Shown one piece after another: positions 36,633-49,516 of a stretch of 64,000 nt of DNA. Below the pieces are notes generated by a model, which saw only the letters and a program-made list of their open reading frames with translations, was not told where the DNA came from and did no database searches. The position numbers and the translations under genes are program-made. Source of the stretch: Cyanophora paradoxa CCMP329 (taxonomy: Eukaryota > Plantae > Glaucophyta); assembly GCA_004431415.1 (NCBI GenBank), contig QPMI01000496.1:186001-250000 (forward strand). The letters run 5' to 3'. Each line of letters begins with the position of its first letter. The first letter of the stretch is position 1.

Positions 36633-37374
36633 AATAGTCAACGTTCTTTATAATTATAGCTAGCTGACTAAATATATATTTGCAGGCGCATCGATCGTTT
36701 CGCTGGCTGTATATTTATGCATTTACCGCTTCAGCGCGGGTCAATTACAACCTCGGTCAAGCCCGAGCCTCGAACACTCCCTTTTCCTCTTTGCGTCGAC
36801 ATCTTTAGATCTTTCAGTGGCTGATATCATTAACTGAACGCATATCTGACATCGATGACAGGTTAGCACTAGTTTTCCGCTAATTCCGATAGAAGTCGCA
36901 TTTATGTACATATCACGATCTCGAGCTTCGAACATAGACATGCATTCTCATCTAATAAAATATATTACAATTGCAATTGCGATGCGGACGTCGACAAAAT
37001 ATCAAATTGAAACCCTTACTTGCAATCAGCGCTAGCCATGGTGTGCAAGGGGCCTCCAACCGCTCTATAGCACACGTGCACCTTCCCCCCCCCCCCCCCG
37101 CCCCCCCGCCCCCCCACCCCCCACCCCCCCCCGCCCCCCCCCGCCCCCCCCCCGCCCCCCCCCCCCCCCCCCCACCCCACCACCCCCTCCCCCCAGCGGA
37201 TCCGGACCCGGTCTCAGCGCACGCGCAGTGTCGCGGCTCAGCTGCAGACGCTCGCGCAAATTGCATTGTGCATATGCGCATATGCGGCTGCAGTGCCACG
37301 GTGCTCGTGATATCGATCATGATCGGCGGGATGGGGAGCTCAAGGGCCGAGGGCCGGGCCAAGGCGGGGCCGGG

Positions 37375-38199
37375 CTAGAAGCGGGAGGCGCGGAGGGGGC
37401 GGGAGGCCTGGAGCCAGCGGTCCAGGATCTCTCCGAGGGCCCCGCCAGCGCGTCCCGCGGCCCCGCGGCTCCCGCCCCCCGCCCCCGCCCGGGGCCCGGG
37501 CCCCCCCCGCCTCCTCCTCGGGGCCCGCGTCGTCCTCCTCCTCCCCGCCCGGGACCAGGCGCTCCAGCGACCGGCTGCGCGCGCGCCGCCCCAGGCCCGC
37601 GCCGCGTCACGCGAAAATATATTAATCAGCCCGCTTAGCCTTTAAAAGATAAGCTTGACTGAAGCTTTAAGTTTTAGCTTGATCATGACGGGCGCACGAG
37701 ATGGCCTTGAGGACGAGCTCGAAGTCGTTGAGGGCGAACCAGACGTCCCCGTGGCGCAGCCGGTTCGCCGCCACCAGCTCCTCCCTCTGCGGGCCCCGGA
37801 TCGATGCGCAGCGATCAGAGGGCCCTCGAAATCAAGCTTGTATCGAATTCGATTTAAATCCAGTTAGAGGAGGGGCCCAGCTCAGGATAATAATTATATA
37901 TAATTAACCAGCTAGATTGCACGGCACGTCCCGGCCCGGCGGCGGCGGCCGGCGCACCTGGCCGTGGGTGTAGAAGTCAAGGAGGTAGGCGTTGAGGGCG
38001 AGGCCGCGGGCGGCGCGCTGGCGGGGCCCCGGGAGGGCGGGGACGGAGGCGGCCTCCAGCGCGACCCCCTCCCGCACGCACGCCGCCAGCTCCTCCGCGC
38101 TGCCCGGCGAGCTCGAAGCTTAAGGAGGGCGGAGCGGGCGAGAACTAGCTATACATCTAGATAAATATATAATAGATAAAAGCTGATCTTGTAAGAAAT

Positions 38200-38237
<38 letters not shown>

Positions 38238-41200
38238 GGGGGCCGGGGGCCGCTCAGTGGGCACCTCTCGAAGGCGTCGCCGCGGCCGGCGAGGGCGGCG
38301 AAGGGCGAGCGGACCGCGAAGCGAAGGGCCGCGGGCAGAGAGCCCGCCCCGCCCACGCGCCCGACCCGTCCGGATCGGAGTCCGCTCCGGCCCCGGACCA
38401 GGCGGGGTCGCGCAGGCCGGAGAAGGGGAGCGCGGGGTCGCCCCGAGCTGCCCGGCCGCCTCCTTCTCCGCGACGAAGGCCCGCAGGTAGCGCCCGCACG
38501 CGGCGAGCACGCCCCGGTTGTAGTCGCGGAGCGCCGCCGCCGCGCGGGGCGGCAGCGGCGGCAGCCGCACGAGCGAGGGGCTCGGGCGGCCCGCCACGCG
38601 GCGGCGCCGGAGCTGTCCGACGGGCTGCGAACGCGAGCGCAGCGCAACGAGTGAGCGTTCGAAAATTCCAAGCCAGGCCCTCGTCATTCATATTCCTTCC
38701 CCGAATATCTAGAGCTCTGGACCGCGCTCGCCTGGGGCAGGGTGCAGAAGAGGTGGGCGAGGACGGTGAGGAGGCGGCGGCGCCCCTCCTCCGACGTCGG
38801 CGCCTCCTCCAGCAGCGCGTGCAGCGCCCCCGTGCTGCCGGAGGGGCCCGTCAGGCGCCCCGCCCGTCGGGTAATTATAATTAAAGCAGCTCGCTGAACG
38901 AGATTATAATTAAGCTTGGCGCTCTATAGCTAGATCTGGATGATCGACGTCGACAAGGAAACGCCGGCGCCGGGCGCGGCGGCGCGGCCGGCCAGATCAT
39001 CGAATTCGAATTCGAACATGACGAACGAGCTCGAGGGGGCACCTGGCGAGGTGGGCGAAGGCGAGGTTTGCCGGCTCGGTGTACGAGAGGTGCTGGCAGA
39101 GGCCCGCCAGCCCCAGCACGCCCCCTGCCGCCCCGCCCCGAGGTCAGAGGCGGGCGGGGGCGATGTGAGACGGGCGGGCGGGGCGGGGCGGGTCCCGACG
39201 CGCCGTCCCGGGCGAGGAGGCGCCCGCGCCGCAGCAGCTCCAGCGAGTAGCGCACGCTGCCGCCGGGCAGAGTCTGGCGGAGTCCAGAGGGGGCGGGGCG
39301 GGGCGGGCGCACTGGTGGTAGACCTGGTCGGGGTGGCCGGCGCGCCCCGCCGAGAAGAGCGGCTGCCGAGAAGAACGGCATCGATAAAAGGATCGGTGAA
39401 GGGCGAGAGGCGTCGCCCGCCTCTCGTTTGGTTTCGTGGCATCGCTGCCGCGAAACCAAACCAAAGGCGAGCGAAGAAGGCGGAAGAACCCGCACCTGGC
39501 GGAAAAGGCCGAGCACGAGGTCGGCGGCGCGCTCGGCGCAGCGCGCCCGCGCGGCAGCCGCGGCGGAGCCGGAGGCGCCGGGGGGGAGGAGGAGGCCGGC
39601 CTGCGAGTAGAGGCACATGGCGCGCAGCACGAGGGACGCCGTCATCGGGAACTGCCCTGCGCCCCGGGCGGCAGAGGGGCGTGAGGCTCCCGAAGAGCGC
39701 TCGCAGGCTCCCGGGCTCGCAGGCTCGGGGCGTGCTCCCGCCCCGTTTCGCCCCGCTTTCGCGATCAAGCCTTTAATTTTCGTGCGAGACGTGGCGGGCG
39801 GGGCGGACCGCGGATGCGGGGGATGTCGGCCGTGAGGAGCCGGTCCACCTGCCGGCCGCGGGGACGTTCGGACGCAAGAGGGGCCGAGAGGGGTACGATA
39901 GAGCCGGTGAGATGGCCCTGCAGCTGGGGGCAGGGGCGGGGCGGGGGGCGGGGGCGGGCCTTGGAGCGGGAGAGGCCGAAGAAGACGACGTGGCCGAGGT
40001 CGTCGAAGCCGCGCCGCCCCGCCCGCCCGCTCGTCTGCCGGTACTGCGCCCCCGGACCGCCCCTCAGGCCCCCGTCAGGAGGGAGCGGGGGAGCCGCTGA
40101 GCCGACAAAGGAGTGAGGAATGATTTGAAGCAGTGGAAATCAGGCTTTCTAATCATAAGCTTTTCTAGCAGCAGGAAGGAGCCGGGAGAATCAAAGAAGA
40201 AAATGGCAGAGCGGCAGAAATCACTTGTAAAAATTAAGTGCAAGGTCCGACAATTTAGATCGAGCAGAAACGAGCTCGAGATCGATGAGGGGCTAAGTCC
40301 CAGAAATCAATACAAGAGCGGGGTCTGAGAATTTAGATCGAGCAGATGTAGAAAGGAGGGCGCAGGGGCGCCTGGAGCAGCAGGAATCAAGAAGAAAAGG
40401 GCGTGCGCGCGCCTGGAGCGGGGTGAGGAAGACGGAGTCGCCGAGGAGGACTACCGTCCGGCACGGCATGTTGATCCTGCCCGCGAATATTCAATTAAGC
40501 GATTGTAAGCGAACGAAGAGGTCGGAGTCGGGTGGGGCGTGGCCTTTGCAAACGCACCCGAGCGCCAGCGTGCCGGTCGCCAGCACGACCTAAAGCAGAA
40601 GAAGCTAAGGCGTCGGCGGGCCGGGGCGGGGGGCGGCGCGGGGCGGCGCGGGGCGGGCCTTGAGGTGGCGGCGGCGGAAGAGGACCTCGACGGCCTCGCG
40701 GAACTTCTTGTTGAGGCCGGCGTGGTGCACCCCGAGGCCCCGCCTGCGCCGAGGTGAGATGAGATGAGATCCGCAGCTATCTAGATCTGCTCAAATTTAA
40801 GCTAACGACTACGGGGGGCGGGGCTTGATCTGCTTAATAGATGTCTAAATCTGCTTAAGATTAGATTACATATCTCGATCTGCTTAAGCTTAATCGTAAG
40901 ACTGCGGGGGGCGCGGCAGGCACCGGAGGGCGGCGAGGAGGGGCCGGTAGCGCTCGGCGTCGGCCTTCAGGCTGCCCTGCAGCCGCCCCTCGAACTCCGC
41001 GTACTCCTGCCCCCCGCCCCCGCGGCGTCGGATTCGAATCAATATTGTTTAGACGTTTCGCGCATGTCCAGAGACTCGATTTAAAATAGATGCAACGTTA
41101 TTTGATTCGACGAAACCGCGGGCTGGCCGCGGGCGGGCATGCTGGGCGGGCCGGGGGCGCTCGCGCGCGCGCACCTTGGGGGAAAGGCCCTCAGCGCGCC

Positions 41201-44200
41201 GCACGAACGTGAACTCGTCCTCGCACGCCCCCTCCTCCTCCTCGAACCCCTCCCGCGCCTCCTCTGCCCCGCCCCGAACGTTAGATCGTTCGAATTTGAT
41301 TCGATGCGCACGCTCGAGCTCGAGAGCACCCAGGGCGCCGCTCTGCTCGATCTCGTCCTTCCTGCCGCGGTCCTTGGACCTGGCGAGCTGCTTCTCGAGC
41401 GCGGCGCGCGCCGCCCTGCGCTCCTCCGCCGCCCGCCGCCGCTCGGCGACGCGGCGGCGGCCCTCGGGCGTGCCCGACCGCCACGCCGCCTCCTGCGCCT
41501 CCAGCGTCGCCGACGTCCACAGCACCAGCTCCTCGCAGAAGCTGCCGGCGAATCAAGGAGGGAATGTGAAGGAATTTATTTCTCAAGCGTGGCTATCAAT
41601 ATTAACGTCGAGGATGCATATGTGGGGCGGGACCTGCGGTCGAAGCAGAAGCCGATGGCGGGGAGCTTCTCCTCGCCCTGGAGGCAGCGGAGGAGTCCCA
41701 GGAAGTTCTCCCGGACCCGCAGCCCGGCCCCCGGCTTGGCCTCGGCGCCGGCCCCGGCGCCGGCGCCGCTGTCCGCCGCGATCGGCTCTGCGCCCGCCTC
41801 GCCCTCGCCCCCGCGCTCGCCCTCGCCCTCGCCCTCGGCGTCGCCGTCCTGGAGAAGAATCTGCTCCTCGAGGGCCCGGAAGGCCCCCTCCGCTCCCGCG
41901 GCGAGCCGGGCCAGCGCCGCCTCCGCCTCCGCGGCGCGGGCCCCGCCCCCGTCGCCGTCCCCGCCGCCGTCCCCGGCGCGCGCCCAGCGCTCGAAGACGG
42001 CCTTGGCCGCCGCCTCGAACTCCCGCGCCCGCGCCTTGTCGATCAGGTCCTGCGCACGCACACACTCCAATTTAAACATATAAATTAAAGCATAAGAACG
42101 CTTCCTGTAGCCATGCCCACCGCTGTGAAGAAGACGTCGGGGTCGAGGTCGCGCAGGGCCCTCGCCTCCTCCGGGTGCCGCCCCAGCACGCCGCTGGCCG
42201 CCCCCGCCGCGCACAGCGCCTCGTACAGCTGCCGGGCCGGACACGGTCAAGGTTGCTGAGAGCCTAACTCAAGAGGCTGTTCCGGGCCTAATTTATTCAA
42301 TTTCATTTCACGGCTTGTTTCATGATCACCTGGAGGCTCTCCTCGGGGGCGAGGGCCATGTCCCTGGGGATGCCGCCCCGCCGCATCTTGGCCCCGCTCA
42401 GCGCCGCGAACGGGTGCAGCGCCCGGATCGACCCGCCCCCGCCGGCGCCGCTTGGGACGTAGACGTGCTTGCGCAGGTCGGAGTAGCGCACGTCGAACTG
42501 CACGAGCTCAACCTTCCTGCGCGAGCGCTCCAGTTAAGTATGTATGATTGCGATTTCGAGGAATTCGAATTAATATTGGAGCGACGTCCGCACCGCTGGA
42601 GGCTGCCGTGCTTCTGGGCCATCCAGGCGCAGAGGTCCCCCGGGCTGCTGATGGTCGCCGAGAGGGCGAGGAAGGGGCAGCGGATGAGGAGGAGGACGCG
42701 CTCCCACACCGCCCCGCCCTCCGACGCCCCTACCCCCGGCCCGCCCGGCCCGAATCACAGAGATCAGCCAAGCAGAAATCACGATCACGTCAAATAGCTA
42801 TAGATCTAGAATTGATGTAGATCTAGATCTAGACGGGAGGCGGCACCGGACTCGCGGTTGACGTTGGGGTCGATGCCGATGCAGTGGACCTCGTCGAGGA
42901 TGACGAAGCGGATGCGGCGGCACCACGCCTGCCGACCCGACGCAAGGGCTCAACCCATCAAGACACAGCAAGAGATCTATATCGATCGCGAGCAGCAGAA
43001 TGCATGATTACGAATCGAATATTTTTAATCATATATATTAATTAAGCGAGGCAAGGAAGCGGCGCGCCTGGACGGCCTCGACGGGGCTCATGAGCATGAT
43101 CTCCAGCATCGCCGGCACCGTCACCAGCACCTGCGCCCCCGCCCGCGGCCGGCCCCGCCACGTCGTGTGAGCGAGAGAGGAACGGGTCGCCTGGGCCGGC
43201 GCAGGCGCAGGCGCAGGCGCCGGCCCAACCAGCGCTCGCCTGGCACTCGGTGCTCTTGTGCTCGTAGTCGCGGGTCTTGATCCCCACCACGGAGGTCCCG
43301 TCCCGGTACGTCTTGCTCCCGAAGCGCGCGTACACCTCCGCCGAGACCTGGGCCCGTCCGCGGCTTCTCGTCAGAGTCGCTTGATCTATGGCTAGGTCTT
43401 CGAATTCTTATCGCGACATGTTCAATCATATCGTGCACGTGAGCCTTTTACGAATAAGATCTTAGCTTGTCGCTCTTCAATTGAGCTAGCGCTGTAATTT
43501 GAGAGCTTTGAGATTCTTTTAATTCTGTTTCAACTGACCTGGTTGACGAGGGCCTTGGTGGGCGAGACGAAGACGCAGATCCCGTCGTCGTCCGCCCGCA
43601 GCACCTGCACGCGTGCGTGCCCGCAGATTTGAATTCAGATCTAGATCTAGATGTCGACAAATTCAAGCGCTAGCGATCGGTCTCCGGCTCCCGATCAAAG
43701 TGAGGGCGGGGCGGGGGCGGGGCGGGGGGGTGGAGGGGGGGAGGGAGGAGGGAGGGGAGGCTAGGGAGGAAGGGGAGGGGGGAGGGGGGGAGAGAGAAGG
43801 GCGGGGCGGGCGGGCGGGCCTTCTCCATGGCGTAGAAGGCGGCGAACGTCTTGCCGGCCGACGTCGGCGCCACCACCAGCGCCGAGTCGCCCCTGCCCAC
43901 AGCCAAATCATAGTTGCACCCTCGAGTCCAGCGCCGGCTCACCTGTCGACGATGTCGAGGAGGTCGCGCTGCCAGCGGTCCGGCGTGAAGAGCACGCGCC
44001 CGTCCGCCCTCGCCTCCACCTCCCGCTTCTGATAGAATGTTGAGGGCTTCGGAATTTGATAATAAGGAAATGGGGCGCGCTCGCGCACCATGTAGCGCCC
44101 TCCGAAGCCCATTTGCAGGCGGGCGGGGGAGACCCCCGCGGGGCGGCCGCGCCCCCGCCTCGGCCCGGTGGCGCGCGCCGGAGCCCGGGCCCGCGCTCGC

Positions 44201-47200
44201 GCCCGGGCCTCGTTGCAGGCGGTCGGCGACCTCAGGGTACCCCAGGCGGCAGAGGGCGGCGCAGAGGGCCGCCAGGTCTTCGCCCCCGGCCCCGGGCCCC
44301 CGGAGCTCGCCCTCGAACTCCTCGTGCACGGAGAGCACCTGGCGAGCACAAAACGTAAGCTTAAATACTTATTGTTCGATTTTAGAGCTTACGAGGTTGT
44401 AGAGGCGGGCGGCCTTCTCGAGGTCGGCCTTGTCGCCCCCGCCGCCGCCGGACTCGAGCCAGGCGCGCTCGCAGAGCTCGACGAGGCGCATCTTGGCCCG
44501 CAGGCGGCCCCCGCGGCTGCCCCTCCCCAGCGTCTCGTCCACGAACCTTTCGTTTGGTAAAGCTCTAATGAACGCGACAGCGTTTGTGAAGCATAACAAA
44601 GCGGACTTCTTCATGAGGGCGACCGCCCTCTCTGCGTTCTTCTTCTTTAGGAGCGGCTGACACGTCTCTTTGAAGAAGGCGTCGGCCTGCGCTCGGCTCG
44701 CAAATCAATTCAAGATCACGACCGAGGACTAGCTGGAGTTCTTCAGATTCGAATATTAATATCGATTCTACCTTGCTCTCGTCGCCGTCGGCGCGCTTCT
44801 CCTGCAGCCGCCTCGCGTTCGCCTCCACGATGAGCTCCTTCTTGGACGGCGGCTTCGTCCCCTTGGCCACGGGCTTGCCCTTCTTCTTCTCGTCGGCGCC
44901 TTCGAATTCGGCGCTCGCAGCCGACGCCGCCGGCGCCGCCGCCGCCGCCGCCGCTGCCGCCCGCCTGGCGCCGGCGGCAGCAAAGCTGACGGCGTGAACG
45001 CCCGCCCCGTGCAGCGACTCCGCGTACCTGGCGCCGTCCGTGTGCGCCGTCAGAGGAGGCCCTAGGGCGCGCGAGCCCAAGCTCTCGCGGTCGGATGCGC
45101 CGGGCCGGGCCGGGGCCGACCCGTGCAGCCAGGTGGTGTACTTCTGGTCGAGCCGTAGCTTCTGCTCCGCCCGCCAGCGCTCCACGATCTTGAGCTCCGA
45201 GGGCGTCGGGCGCCAGTGGAAGCCCGCCGGCGCCGTCCCGCCGTCCTCGGCCCGGATCTCCTTCAGGCGCCGCCAGTGCCGCCCGATGACGCCCCGCGGC
45301 CCCGCGCGCGCCCGGTACTTCGCGTCCTCGTCGTCGCTGCCGGCCCTTCCCGGATCAGACGACCGCAAATTTCGCGGCGCGAAAATGGATTTCGGCGCAA
45401 GAATTTCGCGCCTGCTGTCGGCGAGCTCGCCGTCGTCGCCGACGATGAGGCGGCCGCTGTGCCAGTGGTACTTCTCGACGCAGACCTGCTCGCCCCGCCC
45501 CGCTCGAGCGGCGGCGCGAACAATTTGCAATGCGTATGGCCGGGAAGGGCGGCACCGGAGGCTCCTCGTCCTCGTCCTCCTCCGCTTCGGCATCGACCGC
45601 CTGCGCGGCGCCGGCGCCGGCGGCCGCGGCCGGCGGCGGGCGCCCGAAGGGCGTGCTCTGGAAGTACTGGTCGAGCACGGGGGACGAGACGGGCAGCAGC
45701 CGCCGCTGCGCGCGGCGCCCGCGTCAGCTGCAGGAGGGAGGACCTCGAAACAGAGGCGCGGCCCCGCGCACAGGCGCAGGCGCGCGCGCCTCGCCCTCGG
45801 GGTCCTCCTCGGCAAGCGGCTCCTCGTCCTGCTCGAAGGCGATTTCCGCGAGGCCCTCGAGGGGCGCCCAAAAGTCCCCCAGGCCGTGAGCCGCCCAGAG
45901 GCGCGCGAGGTCGGCCCCGTCTTCGCGGCCGCAGCGCGCGAGGCGGGACCAGAGGGCGCCGCCCTCGGGCGCCGCGAGGCGGGCGAGGAGCGCATGGTAG
46001 AGCCGCCCGTCCGCCAGCTGCGCCACCTGCCGGCCGCCTCCAGCTCAAGTCGCGTTCGGCAAGACGGGCGCGGAGCGGACGGGGCCGGGGGCGCACGTCC
46101 TGCGGTTGCAGGCCCTCGGCGTCTGGAGAAGGGATCCCGAGCGTTAGCCGGTTAGATGCAGAGCGGGGATGTAATAATTGAAATATTGAACTATTATTAT
46201 AACGGAGCGCGGCTCGCCCGGGAGGAGGGCCTCGAGGGCGGCGCAGGCCCTCGCGAAGACGGCGGCGCCGGCGGCGGAGAAGGGGACGGGCTGGAGGGCG
46301 CGCCGGCGGAGCGGCAGGCCGGCGGCGAGGGCGCCGTGGAGCGCGAAGACCCGCGCCGCGGAGCGGGCGGCCGCGGCGGGGCCTAGGCCGGACTCGAGCC
46401 CCAGCTCCGGATCAGTCGCGGCGGTGGCGGCGGCAGCGACGAGGAGGCCGAGGCGGCCGGCGCCGGCCGCGGGGCGGGCGCCGGCCGCGGGGCCGCCTGA
46501 AGGTGGAGGAGCCGGCGCGACCTGCCGCGGGCACAGCGCGAGGCACGCGGCCTCAGCGGCCTCCCACGAGACTGCGGACGGGGCGGAAGAGCAAGCGTGG
46601 GCGGCCGCCTGCGCGAAAAATTCGGCTGGCGCCGGCGCGCGGCGGCCCCGGGGCGGGCGGGGCCGGATCCGGACTGACGGACTACGGACGGACCTGCATG
46701 CCGCGAAACTCGAGTCCGGTGGTCAGGGCGACCGGGACTCTGCGGGCGGGCGGGTCGGGCCGGGCGCGCCAGCTGCGGGGCGAGCGCTGGATGCGTGAGG
46801 CGGGGGGTACCTGTGCAGGAGGGACCATATGGCCAGCGCCTGAAGGGCGGGCTCGTCGAAGTCCTCCTCCTCGTCCTCGTCCTCGTCCTCGTCCGCCCCC
46901 TCGAACTCCGGACCCGGCTGCAGATCCCCGCCGCGGCCGCGGCGCAGGAGGCCTAGGGAGGGCGGGGCCAGCCGGCTGCCGAGGAGGAGGAGGGGCGGCG
47001 CCTCGCCGGAGACGAAGCGGGCCCACTCGGGGCCCGCCCAGCTCTCGAAGCGCAGCAGCTCTAGGCGCCCCTCCTCCCGTAACCTGCGCCGGCGGCCTCG
47101 TCAGATTCGATCGATATTCGCGGCCGCTCGAAATTATTCGAGACGTAGACGTCGACAATGGCAAGCTGGATACCATAGAAGGTGGCGGAGGAGGACGGCG

Positions 47201-47907
47201 CGGGCGAGGCGGGCGGGCGCCGCCGCGGGCCCCGGGGGCCAGAGCGCCGCGTGCGAGTCGAAGACGACCACCCGGACCTGAGCGGCCGCGACCGAGGCCA
47301 GTAAGCGCCCCGCCGGCTGAGCTAATCATCGAGAGCAGAGCTATCGCTCGCGTCCAGCGGTGATACGCACGTGAGCGTCCCGCTCGCGGAAGCGCTGCAA
47401 GATGCACTCCGTGAGCCAAACCTAATTTCGAGGCAGGGGCCGTCACGTCAAAGCTCATGATCAGAAGGCAGCAGCCGGCGCTGCAGGCGAGCTCGAGCGG
47501 GGCCCGGCGGCGCACGAGGTGGAGGGTCTGGCAGCCGCGCCGCCAGTCGGCGGCGGCGTCCGAGCACGCGAGGGCGACGAGCGAGTCGAACTCAAGCAGG
47601 AAGGGGTCGTTCGCCCCCGCCCCGAAGTCGCTGCCGCCCCGCCACATCGGCACCGATCAGGCCGTGTACGCGTGCGACGGCCGCGGCCGCGCGCGGTTAG
47701 CGTGAACGGTCTCAAAGCATGAGCGCGCCTGATGAGGTCGAGGCGCCGCGTGTGGAGGGACTCGAAGAGCTGCGCGACGAGCCGCCGGCTGCGTCCGCGG
47801 CTGCGCATGCTGTACGTGTCGGGGTCCGCTCCGGCTGCAGCTGCAGCTGACAGCGAGGCTGTGGCGTCGCCCTCCATCGGTGCGGCCGCCCCCTCGTCGC
47901 CTGCCAT
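37375..47907 (-). CDS. DDX60: DDX60-like Ski2-family DExH RNA helicase, multi-exon
   Basis: N-terminal RLDLI...FLLEFDSL...QTLHL, then YHWHSG, FTPDRWQRDLLD, APTSAGKT, SPTKALVNQ, ILDEVH, WERVLLLIRCPFLALSATI, GVHHAGL, ATGTLALG and INMPCRTVV. Ends LDRWLQASRPLRASRF*. Confidence 0.88.
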
Positions 47908-48766
47908 CGCCTTCAGCTGGAAAGAACTCAGACCAGCTGCAGCTTTAGAGAACTGCTTCGACCGAAACTTCGGTCGAATCCGAGATCCGCATGCGCACCC
48001 GCGAGCTCGAGCTCGAGCTTATGACGTCTGGACGCGCGCGCACGGCGCCGGCGCCGTGACCTAGGTCTGCAGCTGCCTTCAATGCTTCGAATCCGTTAAG
48101 CTGCAGGGCGCTAGATGGTGTCAAACAAGCTGAAGATGCGTACGTGTACATGTGATCTAGATCTGCGCGCGCGCGCAGGCCGGGCGCTGGCCATGCATGG
48201 CCGGGGCACCTAGCCTCGGGCCCGAGCTAGCGCTAGCGCTGCCGCCCCATGGCCATTCCTCGTTCTTGGCGCATTACCGTAGCGCAGGACGCGAATTGAA
48301 CCTGCGCGCTGTCATCGCGATCGACCTGCAGCTGTCAGCAATGACGTCGACTCGAGCTCATGATCAGCATCATGCAATAGCGCGCGCGCGCGGATCGATA
48401 TCGATATCGATCGAGCAGCGCTATATATAGCTGCGCCTGCGCATGCAGCTGCAGCAGCGCACGGGCAGGCAGCAGCTGCGAATGGGGCTGCTGGATGATG
48501 CTTGAAAGCATCCTCGCGCGCGCGCGCGCTCGAGCTCGACCAGATCGGCTCGCGCTCGCGCAGGTTGCGGATCATGATCGCTAGCTCCTCGATCGCAGTA
48601 GCTTGCTGCTCCTGATACCGATGCTGCTCTGCGCGACGACGGCGGCGCGGCGAGCAGCGAAGGCTGCGAAGAAGCGGCGAAAATCCTTTGCCGGGTACAG
48701 GACATTCCCCCTCCCGCTCTGAGCGTTCGCGGCACTTCTGCGGCAGCCACCGGAGAGCGGCGAGCG

Positions 48767-49516
48767 ATGCCTCGGCGCCCTTCAGGAGCGGCAACGCCGC
48801 CCCTGGATGAGGAGCTGGTGGCGCGCGTTCTGTCGGACCTTGAATCGGGCCGCGTGAGCGCCCAAGAGCTGGCGGAGAGCATCATTGACCCGGAATGGCC
48901 AGTGCGTGCTTGCGATGCGCACCGCGGCGCCTCGCGTCGACGCGCGACCGCGGCAGCCATTCGAACCGCGTGTCGGGGGCGACGAGGAGGCGGAGGCGGC
49001 CCCCGAGGACGCCGAGCGCCCGGAGTGCGTTCTCCCCTCTCGACGCCGCTCGGAGCGCCCCGGCGTTCGACCGCTGCCGCAGGGCGCCCGCCGACGCGTT
49101 TGACTTCGACGACTTCGCGGCGCCTCTCGCTCCGACGGGCGTGCCGACCCGGCGCGCCGCTGCCCGGCGCTCGACCTCGATTTCCCCGCCCGTGCGCACA
49201 CCCCTCTCCCGCGGCGCGTGCTCGCGACTGACGCGCGCCCGCTCAGGCCGCCGCCTCGAGCTCGTCGGGACCCGCGCGGCCTCGGGCGGCGCGGCGGGCG
49301 CGCGCCGTGACGGCGACGCGGGAGGAGGACGTCTTTAGGGAGCTGATGAGCGAGCGCGGCGTGCCCCTCGAGCGCACCGCGCCGCCGCCGTCAACGCCGG
49401 CACCGGCGCCGGCCGCCGCCGGCGCGGCGGCGGCGCCCGTCTCGCCGCACTCGGTGTCGTCGTTCGTCATCGAGCCGAGCGAGGACGAGGGCGACGACAT
49501 GGAGTTCGACACGTGA
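48767..49516 (+). CDS. Small acidic hypothetical protein, 4 exons, divergent from DDX60
   Basis: MPRRPSG...IIDPEWP|PFEPRVGG...|APADAFDFDDF...|AAASSS...EEDVFRELMSERG...DDMEFDT*, with GT-AG junctions in frame. Confidence 0.55.

Noticed and set aside
36971-37378. Poly-proline extensin-like ORF
   Set aside because: It is a C-homopolymer tract between convergent gene ends with no splice or codon support.
48767-48960. Resemblance of DEELVARVL...RVSAQELAE to the HMG-CoA reductase catalytic N-terminus
   Set aside because: No ENxIG, DAMGMN or other HMGR motifs follow, and the product is too short.
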